Below are positions 37,190-55,489 of a DNA stretch of 64,000 bases, piece after piece. A program made the translations under genes and the position numbers. This DNA comes from the human T2T-CHM13v2.0 reference genome, Homo sapiens. The stretch lies in the NCBI RefSeq assembly GCF_009914755.1, contig NC_060925.1; one strand, written 5' to 3'. Position 1 is the stretch's first letter. The number at the start of each line of letters is the position of its first letter. The notes beneath the pieces were generated by a model that was not told the origin of the DNA, ran no database searches, and worked only from the letters and a program-made list of their open reading frames with translations.

Positions 37190-37400
37190 ATTCATATTTG
37201 CTTGGCCCTTTGTAGTCCTTTACTGTTTCATTTATCTTCATGATAACCCTTAAATTTAAGTAAGGTAGCAGTATGCTCATTTTATAGAAGAAATTCAGTC
37301 TCAAAGAGGATACACAGTCTCCCAAAGATCCCACAATAGTAATATATTAGGCAGAGCTAAACTCACACAATCTTACTCAAGATCCTAGTGCTGGTACATG
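37190..37400 (-). mobile_element. MIR-like fragment inside the retrocopied NDUFAF4 3'UTR
   Basis: Resembles the MIR core (ctcattttatagaagaaatt...ggcagagct). Confidence 0.5.
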
Positions 37401-38148
37401 GTATGCTCATAAGTTTGCTAAAATGGATGAAGCAGCAGTTTCTCAGGTCCCTTTCAGTGATCCTGTTCTCTGCTTCCACTTGATGTTTTTTCTCTCGTCT
37501 CTCAACTAGCATTAACATCCAAAACTATATATAATCACTAAATTTCATTTACCATCATTTTCTTATTTAATTATTCTTTAAATTTTTCTATTTCCATGTT
37601 AAATCCAGAGAAATGTTACTTTTTCGAAAGTTTCTACTGCTGCCTGCCTCTCTGAAGGCCATGGGACTTACCTATTTGTTTGTCAAAGCAAAAATTCCCA
37701 ACATTTTGTAAACACCACTAATTACTTTTTATAACTGTAAAAACAATTATTCCATACTTAAAACCAATTCAAAATAAAATAAATCCTCGATACTTCTTAC
37801 TCCCTGGAGTAGTAATTTTAATTAGATTCTACTGATTCGTAATTTTTTCCTCTGTGCCTTTATTTGGGAAATACTGTTAGTCTACCTCACTATCAAGTCT
37901 CTTTCCCTAACAAGAAAATGTCACAGTCTTTTTTTTTTTTTTTTTTATACTTTAAGTTTTAGGGTACATGTGCACATTGTGCAGGTTAGTTACATATGTA
38001 TACATGTGCCATGCTGGTGTGCTGCACCCACTAACTCGTCATCTAGCATTAGGTATATCTCCCAATGCTATCCCTCCCCTCTCCCCCCACCCCACAACAG
38101 TCCCCAGAGTGTGATATTCCCCTTCCTGTGTCCATGTGATCTCATTGT

Positions 38149-41999
<3,851 letters not shown>

Positions 42000-42035
42000 T
42001 TAGTTGATGCAGTTTCTTCTCAGCATAGATGGTCT

Positions 42036-43052
42036 TTACATTTTGGCATGATTTTGCAGCGGCTGGTACCGGTTGTTCCTTTCCATGTTTAGTGCTTCCT
42101 TCAGGAGCTCTTTTAGGGCAGGCCTGGTGGTGACAAAATCTCTCAGCATTTGCTTGTCTGTAAAGTATTTTATTTCTCCTTCACTTTTGAAGCTTAGTTT
42201 GGCTGGATATGAAATTCTGGGTTGAAAATTCTTTTCTTTAAGAATGTTGAATATTGGCCCCCACTCTCTTCTGGCTTGTAGGGTTTCTGCCGAGAGATCT
42301 GCTGTTAGTCTGATGGGCTTCCCTTTGAGGGTAACCCGACCTTTCTCTCTGGCTGCCCTTAACATTTTTTCCTTCATTTCAACTTTGGTGAATCTGACAA
42401 TTATGTGTCTTGGAGTTGCTCTTCTCGAGGATTATCTTTGTGGCGTTCTCTGTATTTCCTGAGTCTGAACGTTGGCCTGCCTTGCTAGATTGGGGAAGTT
42501 CTCCTGGATAATATCCTGCAGAGTGTTTTCCAACTTGGTTCCATTCTCCACATCACTTTCAGGTACACCAATCAGACGTAGATTTGGTCTTTTCACATAG
42601 TCCCATATTTCTTGGAGGCTTTGCTCATTTCTTTTTATTCTTTTTTCTCTAAACTTCCCTTCTCGCTTCATTTCATTCATTTCATCTTCCATTGCTGATA
42701 CCCTTTCTTCCAGTTGATCGCATCGGCTCCTGAGGCTTCTGCATTCTTCACGTAGTTCTCGAGCCTTGTTTTTCAGCTCCATCAGCTCCTTTAAGCACTT
42801 CTCTGTATTGGTTATTCTAGTTATACATTCTTCTAAATTTTTTTCAAAGTTTTCAACTTCTTTGCCTTTGGTTTGAATGTCCTCCCGTAGCTCAGAGTAA
42901 TTTGATCGTCTGAAGACTTCTTCTCTCAGCTCGTCAAAATCATTCTCCATCCAGCTTTGTTCCGTTGCTGGTGAGGAACTGCGTTCCTTTGGAGGAGGAG
43001 AGGCGCTCTGCGTTTTAGAGTTTCCAGTTTTTCTGTTCTGTTTTTTCCCCAT
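42036..43052 (-). pseudogene. L1 ORF1 (338 codons) with one nonsense mutation Y207* at 42432-42434
   Basis: The 206-aa and 113-aa track ORFs are in the same frame; AGA TAA TCC replaces consensus AGA TAC TCC. Confidence 0.95.
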
Positions 43053-43946
43053 CTTTGTGGTTTTATCTACTTTTGGTCTTTGATGATGGTGATGTACAGA
43101 TGGGTTTTTGGTGTGGATGTCCTTTCTGTTTGTTAGTTTTCCTTCTAACAGACAGGACCCTCAGCTGCAGGTCTGTTGGAATACCCTGCAGTGTGAGGTG
43201 TCAGTTTGCCCCTGCTGGGGGGTGCCTCCCAGTTAGGCTGCTCGGGGGTCAGGGGTCAGGGACCCACTTGAGGAGGCAGTCTGCCCGTTCTCAGATCTCC
43301 AGCTGCTTGCTGGGAGAACCACTGCTCTCTTCAAAGCTGTCAGACAGGGACATTTAAGTCTGCAGAGGTTACTGCTGTCTTTTTGTTTGTCTGTGCCCTG
43401 CCCCCAGAGGTGGAGCCTACAGAGGCAGGCAGGCCTCCTTGAGCTGTGGTGGGCTCCACCCAGTTCGAGCTTCCCGGCTGCTTTGTTTACCTAAGCAAGC
43501 CTGGGCAATGGCGGGCGCCCCTCCCCCAGCTTCGCTGCCGCCTTGCAGTTTGATCTCAGACTGCTGTGCTAGCAATCAGCGAGATTCCGTGGGCGTAGGA
43601 CCCTCCGAGCCAGGTGTGGGATATAGTCTCGTGGTGCGCCGTTTTTTAAGCCGGTCTGAAAAGCGCAATATTCGGGTGGGAGTGACCCGATTTTCCAGGT
43701 GCGTCCGTCACCGCTTTCTTTGACTCAGAAAGGGAACTCCCTGACCCCTTGCGCTTCCCAGGTGAGGCAATGCCTCGCCCTGCTTCGGCTCGCGCACGGT
43801 GCGTGCACCCACTGGCCTGCGCCCACTGTCTGGCACTCCCTAGTGAGATGAACCCGGTACCTCAGATGGAAATGCAGAAATCACCCGTCTTCTGCGTGGC
43901 TCACGCTGGGAGCTGTAGACCGGAGCTGTTCCTATTCGGCCATCTT
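43053..43946. promoter_or_regulatory. L1 5'UTR: sense promoter (fires on - strand) and antisense promoter (fires on + strand, starts expected about 43350-43560)
   Basis: CpG-rich L1 5'UTR. YY1 motif CAAGATGGCCG is retained at the extreme 5' end (about 43937-43947). Confidence 0.8.
43508..43723 (+). CDS. L1 ORF0, intact 71 aa (MAGAPPPASLPPCSLISDCCASNQRD...RCVRHRFL)
   Basis: gcaATGG start at 43508, 216 nt to TGA. Matches the primate L1 antisense ORF0. Donors CAG|GTGTGG (43613) and CAG|GTGCGT (43698). Confidence 0.85.
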   Translation: MAGAPPPASLPPCSLISDCCASNQRDSVGVGPSEPGVGYSLVVRRFLSRSEKRNIRVGVTRFSRCVRHRFL

Positions 43947-44373
43947 GAAAATGTCACAGTCTTAAGAGTCAGGAAAGCTTTTACTTTCACTATCACATAT
44001 GAAGAATGAACTAAACACCTAAACTGGACAGTAAAACTTAAATGAGGGATTCAGGATATTTCCCAAGGGGCCATATGACGAATTTAAAAGTTGGTATGAT
44101 GTGCCTAAAATAACACGCTCTTTTACTTATAATAAAGGTACAGATGTAGTGATTAGTCATGCTGACATGTACATATAAAATATGCCTATGCCAAATTAAA
44201 AGAAAACAAAATACATTCTATGGCAATCCTGAAAAGTCAGGGAGGTCAATAAATATTAAGAGTATGCTCTCACAATTAGCATTAAACACATGGTAATTAA
44301 CACAATTTAATATGTGAAAAATGAGAAAATATACAGGATGAGAAGTACACTTAGGAATTTGTTGTGATTTTCT

Positions 44374-44872
44374 TCATTTTGATTGTATTGCTTTCTTGTC
44401 TTCAGGAGATTTCGACTTCTGAATTCGCATCTTTCTGTTCTAAATGGTATTCTTGGGCTATTTTCTCAGCAGTTCATGTTTCTGGATAAAGTTTATGATT
44501 ATTGAGAAGTGTCAATGCTTCTACAATGGAAATTTTGCCTTTGGGAATGATCTTAATATTTATCATATTAAAGTGATGGCCAAAAGGCAATCTGAATTCT
44601 TTCAGCTCTTGACATCTTTCAGCAGCTTTTACCTGCATGGAAGACACAGGATCTTTGGAATCAACATACACATCTTTTAGAAATGACAGCAGCTTGTCAT
44701 CTTTATGAGCAATCTCTCCCTTAATTTCTGGATAGAAACTAATCTGCTCTTGCAGGAGGCTGTTGGTAGAGGGGTGTCTGGGATTGGGAGGGGGCTTCAT
44801 CTTGTTGATTTCCCATTCCTCTCAGTTCTCTAGGTTGAAATTCCTGATCCTGCGAGTCACTGCAGCCCCCAT
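44374..44872 (-). pseudogene. NDUFAF4P4: Disabled NDUFAF4 coding remnant
   Basis: [27 protein letters not shown]...[16 protein letters not shown]...[56 protein letters not shown]. Stops at 44822-24 and 44474-76; deletions and a frameshift near the C-terminus. Confidence 0.93.
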
Positions 44873-44960
44873 CTCCTCATAACATGATGCCCTCAGGTTT
44901 ACGCCACACGTGGGAACACCAGTGCAGGAAACCTCCGGGGTACCCTAGAATAACTTTCTT

Positions 44961-45030
44961 CTACTGAGGCCTTGGTGATTTAACAGGAGAATTCTACCAA
45001 ACCTTTCAGGAATAAATCAACTCAGTCTTC
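44961..45030 (+). mobile_element. Ancient L1M ORF2 fragment, continuation after the retrocopy
   Basis: 44974-45012 translates GDLTGEFYQTFQE, similar to L1 ORF2 [13 protein letters not shown]. Confidence 0.65.
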
Positions 45031-45319
45031 CCAAATACATATGCTTTAATAAATGTGGATATCTCTGGAAGGACACATGAGAAACTAGTAAACAGTTATT
45101 ATTCCCAGGGAACAGAACTGGGACTGAGGGACATTATTAGAAAGAAGTCTTGCTTTTTCCTGTATATCTTTTATACCTTTTGTGTTTTGTACCATTTGCA
45201 TATGGTACTCATCCAAGTATGAGGAATTTAGAACATCTTTGTTTTACATTTGAACAAGTTGACAACACTGTTTGGCTTTTGTTATTATGTTTACCTTACG
45301 TTTTCAGTAAATGTAGTAG

Positions 45320-45915
45320 GCATAATTTCTTAAATACCTCCCTTCCCCAAAGATGTCCCACCGTAATTCCTGGAATCATGATGAATATGATGCTCTATTA
45401 CTGATTCTGTGATTATGTTTTGCCATATGGCACAGTTGACATTAAAATAGGAAATTCAAGCCTACATTATCTGAGTGGGCCTAATCGAATCATATGAGCC
45501 TTGAAAGCAGAGAGCTTTCTTTGGCTAATGGCAGGAAGGAAAGTCAAAGAGATTGGAAGTATGAGAAGGACTCAGTGTGCAATAGCTGCTTTGAAAGTGG
45601 AGGAGACCACTTGAGAAAGAAGGCAAGTAGTTTTGAGGAGCTGAGGGCAGCTCCCAGCTGACAGCTAGCAAGGGAACTGGCCAAATCCTTGCAACCTCAA
45701 GGAACTACTAGCTCTGTCAAAAACCTGAAAGAGGTTGAGAGTGGATTCTTCCCCAGTCTCCAGATGAGAGTCCAGCCCAACAGGCATCTTGATTTCAGCT
45801 TTGTGATACCCTGAGCAGAGCCCACTTGGGACTCCTGACCTATGGGGATGTGAGATAATAAATGGATATTGTTTTCAGCTGCTAAATATGTTATATAGGA
45901 GTAGAAACTAATAGA
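45320..45915 (+). mobile_element. MLT1D/E-like LTR
   Basis: ccccaaagatgtccca...cagctgacagctagcaagg...gtgagataataaatgg...gtagaaactaata. Confidence 0.7.
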
Positions 45916-46247
45916 GCAAAATTACGTTCTAAAACTTTAATACATGTGGGCTTTCAGAGGCTTTAGAGATGGGAGCCATATTCCCTCCAGTCTGGGTGTG
46001 ATGGGTAGTGCCAAAGAAGCTGCAGAGCCGGTGGAACAGTGTCATGTGTCAGCCAGAGGCTGCATCGTTTCCATTGGTGCCATAAGTAGAATATGCTCTG
46101 CTGTCTTTTCATTACTTTCTCCAATTGTGCAGAGAATGAATTTTTTATATCTGTCTCAGTCTTTCCCTCTTTCAGATTATAGTCTTAGAAGCAATTTTTT
46201 AGCATTTCTGTTTTAAATAATCTTGTATTTTCAATGAAGAAGTTGCC

Positions 46248-46545
46248 ATTTCTTTCTTTTTTTTTGAGACAGGGCCTTGCTCTGTCGCCCATGCTGGAGT
46301 ACAATCACCACTTACTGCAACCTTGACCTTCCAGGCTCAAGCAATCTTCCCATCTCAGTCTCCTGAGTAGCTTGGCTACAGACACGCACCACCATGCACA
46401 GCTTTTTTTTTTTTTAATTTTTTTTGATAGAGACAGAGTCTCTCTGTGGTTGCCCAGGCTGGTCTCGAACTCCTGGGCTCTAGCAGTCCTCCCACCTCAG
46501 CTTCCCAAAGTGTTGGGATTACAATGTGTGCCACAACACCTGGCC
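46248..46545 (-). mobile_element. AluJ
   Basis: Reverse Alu. Confidence 0.85.
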
Positions 46546-47154
46546 TTTTCTTTAGATGTCTTAGGAAATTAACTCCTACCTTTCTAAAAATTCCTGGGTT
46601 TATGTGACCTGGATTTAAATGGTCATGAGAGAAATTTCTGATATGATAGTGCAATCAAGTAACACTGGAATTCTTTGACTACCTTAGTTTTTCTAGAGTT
46701 TCACTTAAATTAACCCAATTTTGTTCCATTGGCAGTTTTATCCAAGACTGAATAAAGGTAGTTTACCTTTTAAGTTGCTATACACTAGAACTTACCTTTC
46801 AATTAATTCTTTTAATTTAACAGTGTGGAAAGCTATTATTTACTTTTTATTTAATTGATAGTACTTTTGTAAACTTTTACCTGAAAAAAGTAACTTTGAG
46901 AACCACAGAGAAGAAACATATTGGTTAAGGTTTCTGAAGAGTGTCGGAGAATTCAAGAGTGTGGGGAATTGCTTCTGTGATTCCCATCACTTCACATTCT
47001 GAGTAGAAAAGCACACAACAGAAATGCTGCAAGTCAGCATCAGGAGTCCATAGCATCCATCATCAAGTGCAATAAGACTGTGACTCTCTGTTACTGAGTT
47101 GTGATGCTTTTTCTTTTTGCCAGTAAGTTACATGGTCCAGTTTTTTCTTTCTTA

Positions 47155-47568
<414 letters not shown>

Positions 47569-48176
47569 GTAGAACCCATGAAGAAAAATTTAAACAACTG
47601 ATTTTAATGACTGTAAAGGAGTATCACTAGTAGAAAAATGTTTCTATATTGTTAGGATAATCAAGTTTCTTTAAAGATAATATTGATCATTTTTAGCAGA
47701 AGTTTGTTATTTATCTTTAGGAAATGAAATTAAATATTTTGCTTTGTTTTGTTTTTAATGTTTCTAAAAGGAATGAAACTGCATTATTGCTGATTCTGTT
47801 GTGGATTGAGGCATTTAGAGTAGCAAAAATTATATTAATGCTCTGTGCCAAAACACATAAAATGGCTTTATCACTGATTGGTGTCTCAATTATAAAAAGG
47901 TAATAATTTGCATAATATGATAAGAATGCCACTTGAAAGAAAGGAGGCTGGGTTGTTTTTTTTTTTTTTAACATCCAGTAAAACATGATTGACATCATCT
48001 AGTCAAATTATATATTATACTGAGCTTTATTTTCTGTATAAACCATATTTTACAGATATTATTTTAAAAGAAATTGAAATCTTCTGGGCTTAGGTTTCAG
48101 AGTTATATATAACTCATAAGTGAGCTGTGTGAGCTGAGTTCCTTAAACCTAGGTCTCATTTCAAAGGCTAGCTTTG

Positions 48177-48486
<310 letters not shown>

Positions 48487-49442
48487 CTAGCTTTGTTCCA
48501 AAGCCCAAACCTGGCTCTGGTAGACTATTTTCTAAGCTATCTCTTGATGAGCTTTGCTAAAGGAAAGGGAAGTATGGTACAGATCACCTCAAAGTCATGT
48601 TTGGCTCTCTCTGCATTTGGAGTTTTCCTCTGGCATGTTTATATTCTGAATAATGCTTCTCCTAGGCTAAATACAGTTTGGACCCTGCATCTTACAACAG
48701 ATGTGACAGAGGAATGCTTATGGTCAATAATGATGTACAGTCCACAGTGATAAAGAAATTGGTGGGAATGAGACTTTGAGAAGTATAATGAATGTCAGAT
48801 TGCAGGCTGCCCATAGTACATCCAGCATCAGCACACTGTAGTTTGCCTTAACTAATTTGGGCCTCTGCAGCTTTGGGACAGTATTGCAAATAGGTGGTAT
48901 AATAAGCTTAAATAACAGATTTCCATCACTTAAATATGAAAATCTCAGATTTGTCACAGTAATAATATTGACCTCATGTTTTTGTTTTTATTTTTTGTTC
49001 ATTGACTTCATGAATGAATAGTTTGGCAGGAAAGCAGGTAATACACTTCCAGGCCTTATATTACATAGGTGTTGAGGCTAGAGAATGTCACAGAGGCGTG
49101 CCCTTATTCATAAAACACTAGGGGAAATGCCTTACTGTGTTTTATTAAGCGAAGACCTTTCATTGTAAAGGTGAGATTATTCCTTTAGAAACCATATAAA
49201 TTACTGAAGGGAATTATGAGCAAGAATATATTTTGGGTTCATAGATGCCAAATGCCCATCTCACTGGATGATTATTATTCTAAGTATTTTCCATTACCTA
49301 GTTTCAGCTCAGGAAATCAATTAGACCCTTAAGGGCCTAAGCAAGCAGGAAATGAGTGATAGATTTATAGATTCCACCAGTGAATTTGAAAAAAAAACTT
49401 TTACCTTTTAAATTATAACTGCAATAGACTCAATATAAATGC

Positions 49443-49776
<334 letters not shown>

Positions 49777-50814
49777 TAAACCCTTTTCAAGTTAGATTTT
49801 CCCTATGATATTCTCAATAAAGAACAAATTACATAAAATCAGGAACCTGATTTTATATTAAGTGTAGGAAGTCAAATTACCATTGAGCGTAGGTCATATA
49901 TTCTAGTAGTAGAGACCAATCTATTTTCTGCCTTGTTCTGGAGGGTCATAGCAAATCTGAACCAGGCAGCCAGGTAGACCACCACTCTGATGGCCCCATT
50001 CAAGCTTAGAGCTTCCCCAGTCTGAAAGACACTGGAGGAAGCTTCTTCTCACCTTATTTAGCTCCAAGAGTTCAGTTGTGCTCTGTGGAACACTAGGAAT
50101 AACTGTATCCTAGACATAAACCAAGGGCAAGACATGGTTTTAGTTTCCATGAGGGCCTTTGCTTAAGAGTCAGAAGGGCTGCTACACATCTTAATTTTGC
50201 CACTGAATAGCTATGTGATACCAGGCCTTTGACATAAGCAGTTAAGTTAGAGGACTCCAGAGGGCCTGTCCAGCTCTTACATAAGTCTAAATTCCACCTG
50301 TGATTTCATAGGATCCTTAAGTAAGCATTCCACTTCTATGGGCCTCATTTTCTGCCCCTATTAAACAAAGACATGGCTCTTGAGAGCCTGTTTAAAGCAG
50401 GTTTTTGAAAAGAAAGTCTCAAGTCAAAGAAATTTTGAAATGGATTTAGATTAAAAGGTATTTTTGTGTGTGTGGAGAATGTGGGATTAACTCACTTATT
50501 TTTATTATGTATAGAAATTTCAGTTTGTTACTATAGACTATTTACAGAAATATGAGTTCTTGAGTTTTTCATTCTGCTACCCCAGATGTGTAGCACTCTG
50601 CTTTGTACATAGAAAGCACTTAGCAACTTGTGTGTTCTCTTGAATTTAACTGAAGTCCCACTTGAAAAGGTAAAGTTATATAAACTACTTTTTAGTATTT
50701 GAAGTTTCTTTAAGCCTATTTTTAATGATGGCTTGGTGTTCATGCAATGACTTATTTTTGTTTGTACTGGCAGAGCGTAGCTTTTTCAGTTGGCCAGTTA
50801 AAATGGAAAGACAA

Positions 50815-51126
50815 GCTGGACGCAGTGGCTCACGCCTGTAATCCCAGCACTTTGGGAGGCCAAGGCGAGTGGATCACAAGGTCAGGAGTTCAAGACCAGC
50901 CTGGCCAAGATGGTGAAACCCCATCTCTACTAAAACTACAAAAAATTAGCCGGGTGTGGTGGCGGGCACCTGTAGTCCCAGCTACTCGGGAGGCTGAGGC
51001 AGAGAATTGCTTGAACACAGGAGGCGGAAGTTGCAGTGAACCAAGATCGTGCCACTGCACTCCAGCCTGGGTGACAGAACAAGACTCCCTCTCAATAAAA
51101 AAAAAAAAAAAAGAAAAGAAAAGAAA
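50815..51126 (+). mobile_element. AluS
   Basis: Alu dimer. Confidence 0.9.
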
Positions 51127-51343
51127 GTAAGACAACTTGTGCTCTTATTTTTAAAATATTATATACTTCTAGCCCCATACAAATATTCTCAGATTAGACT
51201 AACCAATTACACATTGGAATACCTGGACAGTTTTAAAATACAACTAAAACTGAACAGAAGCATCCAAAGGTCAACCACTGTTTTACTGGACATACCTTTT
51301 ACTTTGCTATTTTATGTATTTTATATTAAAGTTAGACCTTTGA

Positions 51344-51654
<311 letters not shown>

Positions 51655-52699
51655 TTAAAAGCCCCAGGATAAACACATGAAAAAAACTTTCAAAATTTAC
51701 AAGTGTAAAATATGCTCAGTACATCCTTCTTCCCACCCAACCAAACAACAACATCTCAAGTTAAATCAAGTGGTATAAAATGTCAACCTAGAATTCTACC
51801 ACTGCCCCAGGGAAGTTCTGTCTGCCCACTGTCGTCTGCTTTTACAGGTCTACACTAGAAACAACTTCCCTTGATAGGAAGTACTGACTTTGTTCAGAGC
51901 TGTAAAATTATACCCAGAACCTCCCTTGTTCTTGTTCTATATGAGTCCCAGGGCCTGAGAGCCGCCATTTATGACGCTTTGGTTTGTCACACCCTGCACA
52001 CACCATTAGAGACATTTTTCTCTCTTGGCTTTGTATCTGCTTCCTTTTGTTGCTACCCTCTCCATTTCCTATTTTCCTAATTTTTAAAAATGAAATTTAT
52101 TTTTGCTTTTTCATTTGTCTAAGACTTAGGCTTTCATTTCCCCAGCTGTAAATCAGGCATTAGATAATAATCTCTAAAGCCAATTCCAATACTCTGTGAA
52201 GTTATTGTATCTTATATTTATGAGTAAATATAGTTATCATCTTTTTGATAATAAATTCATCAATAAACCATGGATTGGAATACATAAGAATCTGAAAACC
52301 CTTTATAACCCTCCTATCTCTGAAATTCACAGATACTGCTATATAGAACTGATTGATGAATTTCAATAATATCTACACCAACATATAATTAATAATGATA
52401 TGTATTAATAATATTGATAACAATGAGACACCCACAGGTGACTTGTCAGTAACTGATTTGTGATTTCCTAATTTTAAGAGTGTGTGTATTCTTGTTGTAA
52501 TCTATGAGAGCAAGAACCTTCTCAAAATAAAAGAAAGTTTTTCACAGATACTAATTCAGTGACTCATTTACTGACAATTTTCAGTAGGGTCAGAAACAAT
52601 ATCAGATTGGTCTGAAATTATAAAAAATATTTTTAAGAGTCTAATAGTTAAAAGTTAATTTGGGGTGAAAAACAACTCCTCTCTATAATTGTATTTTAT

Positions 52700-53016
52700 T
52701 TTATTGTTTTATTGTTTAATTATTTTATTGTGTATTTTTAGGCAGGGTCTCACTTTGTAACCCAGGCTGGGATGCAGTGGCACTCATTGCAGTCTTGACC
52801 TCCCAGGCTCAGATGATCCTCCTACCTCAGCTTCCCAAGTAGTTGGGATTACAGGCATGTGCCACCATGCCTGGCTAATTTTTTTAAAACTTTTTTGTAG
52901 AGATGGGGTCTCACTACGTTACTTATACTGGTCTTGAACTCCTGGGCTCAAGTGATCCTCCTGCCCTTGGCTTCTCAAAGTATTGGAATTACAGGCATAA
53001 GCCACACACTAGACCA
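52700..53016 (-). mobile_element. AluJ
   Basis: Reverse Alu. Confidence 0.85.
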
Positions 53017-53038
53017 GTAATTTTAATATACTGTATAT

Positions 53039-53258
53039 CCATGGTCCTCAACAGGGAGTGATTTTGCCTTGAGGGGACATTTAGCAATGTCTGGAAGATA
53101 TTTTGGTTGCCATAACCTTGGGTTGTGAGATGCTACTGGTATCTGGTGTGCAGAGGCCAATGATTGTGCAAAGCATCTTTAAATGCACAGGATAGCTCCC
53201 CACAACAAAGAGTCAGCCATTCCAAAACACTAATAGTGCCAAGATTGAAAAACTCTTC
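53039..53258 (+). mobile_element. MER20-like hAT element
   Basis: gtgattttgcc...gggacatttagcaatgtctgga...gctactggtatct...cccacaacaaaga. Confidence 0.8.
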
Positions 53259-53579
53259 CGTATGTGACTGTGTGACTCAACTGAGTTCTATGATTTGGAG
53301 AGTCTTTTCATATTTAATTCTAGAGGTTGTGAAAATAAAATGAAGGTCATTATAATGTCATAGTTCAGCCATGTGTACCATTACCAACTGCTTGCTGACT
53401 CTTGGCCTTTTATCCTTACCTAGACTATTAGACCTTCACAATGGATTCTTAAGTCTGGCCTGAGACACTTATTATTACTACAGGAAAACAAAAAAGAAAG
53501 CAAAAGATCCTACTATCTGGTAATAAATGTCTCATCTGAGCAGGTTTAAAGATCAAATAATCTTTGAAAAATAACAATT

Positions 53580-54576
<997 letters not shown>

Positions 54577-55032
54577 TTAGAAATAACAATTTTTATATAG
54601 CAGTATGCTTTAAAATGATGTCATGGACTGTTAAACTTCAGTAGACTTGACCAATCATTTAGTCCAATGCTTTTTTTTTTTTTTTTTTTTTTTCAAATAA
54701 AGTAAGAGCCTCACTATCTAAGCTCACATGGTATATTGGTTGCAGGATTAATACAAGGAGGCATGATTACATGATCACAATCCAGACACAAGTCACCTCC
54801 TTCATGACAAAATTCATCACAAATGTAGGTTCTTTATGTGGTTCTTATATGGCCCTCACTAGCTTTTGCATCAAGGTTTGCTCAGTGTGGACTTTACGAA
54901 AATCAGGAAGGAGATGATTTAGTGAGTAAGGGGATTAGAAATTGTATCCTGGCACCATTTACACAACTCGCAACACAATATTAAAAAATGACTAGGGAGA
55001 CGGAGGTGGAAGGATATTTTATTTATATAAAT

Positions 55033-55180
55033 CTTAGCCATGCCCAGTGGTACACACCTACTGTCCCAGGTACTTGGGAGGCTGAGGCAAGATAAGTTGA
55101 GGTTGCAGTGAGCTGTGATCATGCCACTACACTCCAATCTGGATAACAGAGCAAGACCCTGTTTAAAAAAAAATTAAAAA
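55033..55180 (+). mobile_element. Alu right-monomer fragment
   Basis: Partial Alu. Confidence 0.75.
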
Positions 55181-55489
55181 TCAAGTGATTTTTTAAAAAT
55201 GAAGAAAAGGACAAGTAGAGAGGTAGGGTGGGGAATTTTCCCTTGAATCCTCAAAATAATAAAACTGTATATTCCACTTTTTATCTCCTTCCTTCACAAC
55301 ATTTGAAATTCCACAGTAATTTTCCCTTCGGTTATTTGCCTATTTCCTTTTTAATGGTTTCCATTGTTATACCCAGTAGATTAAACAACATTCTTCTTTA
55401 CTTATTGAATTGATATAGTAAGATCTGCAAAAAAAAGTTATTCCAAAATGCTTATAGTAAAGAACAAAGTTTTTAGGGATCTAATAGTT

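Noticed and set aside
44474-44800. 108-aa NDUFAF4-like ORF as a functional retrogene
   Set aside because: It lies between two premature stops, lacks both termini, and no promoter is evident.
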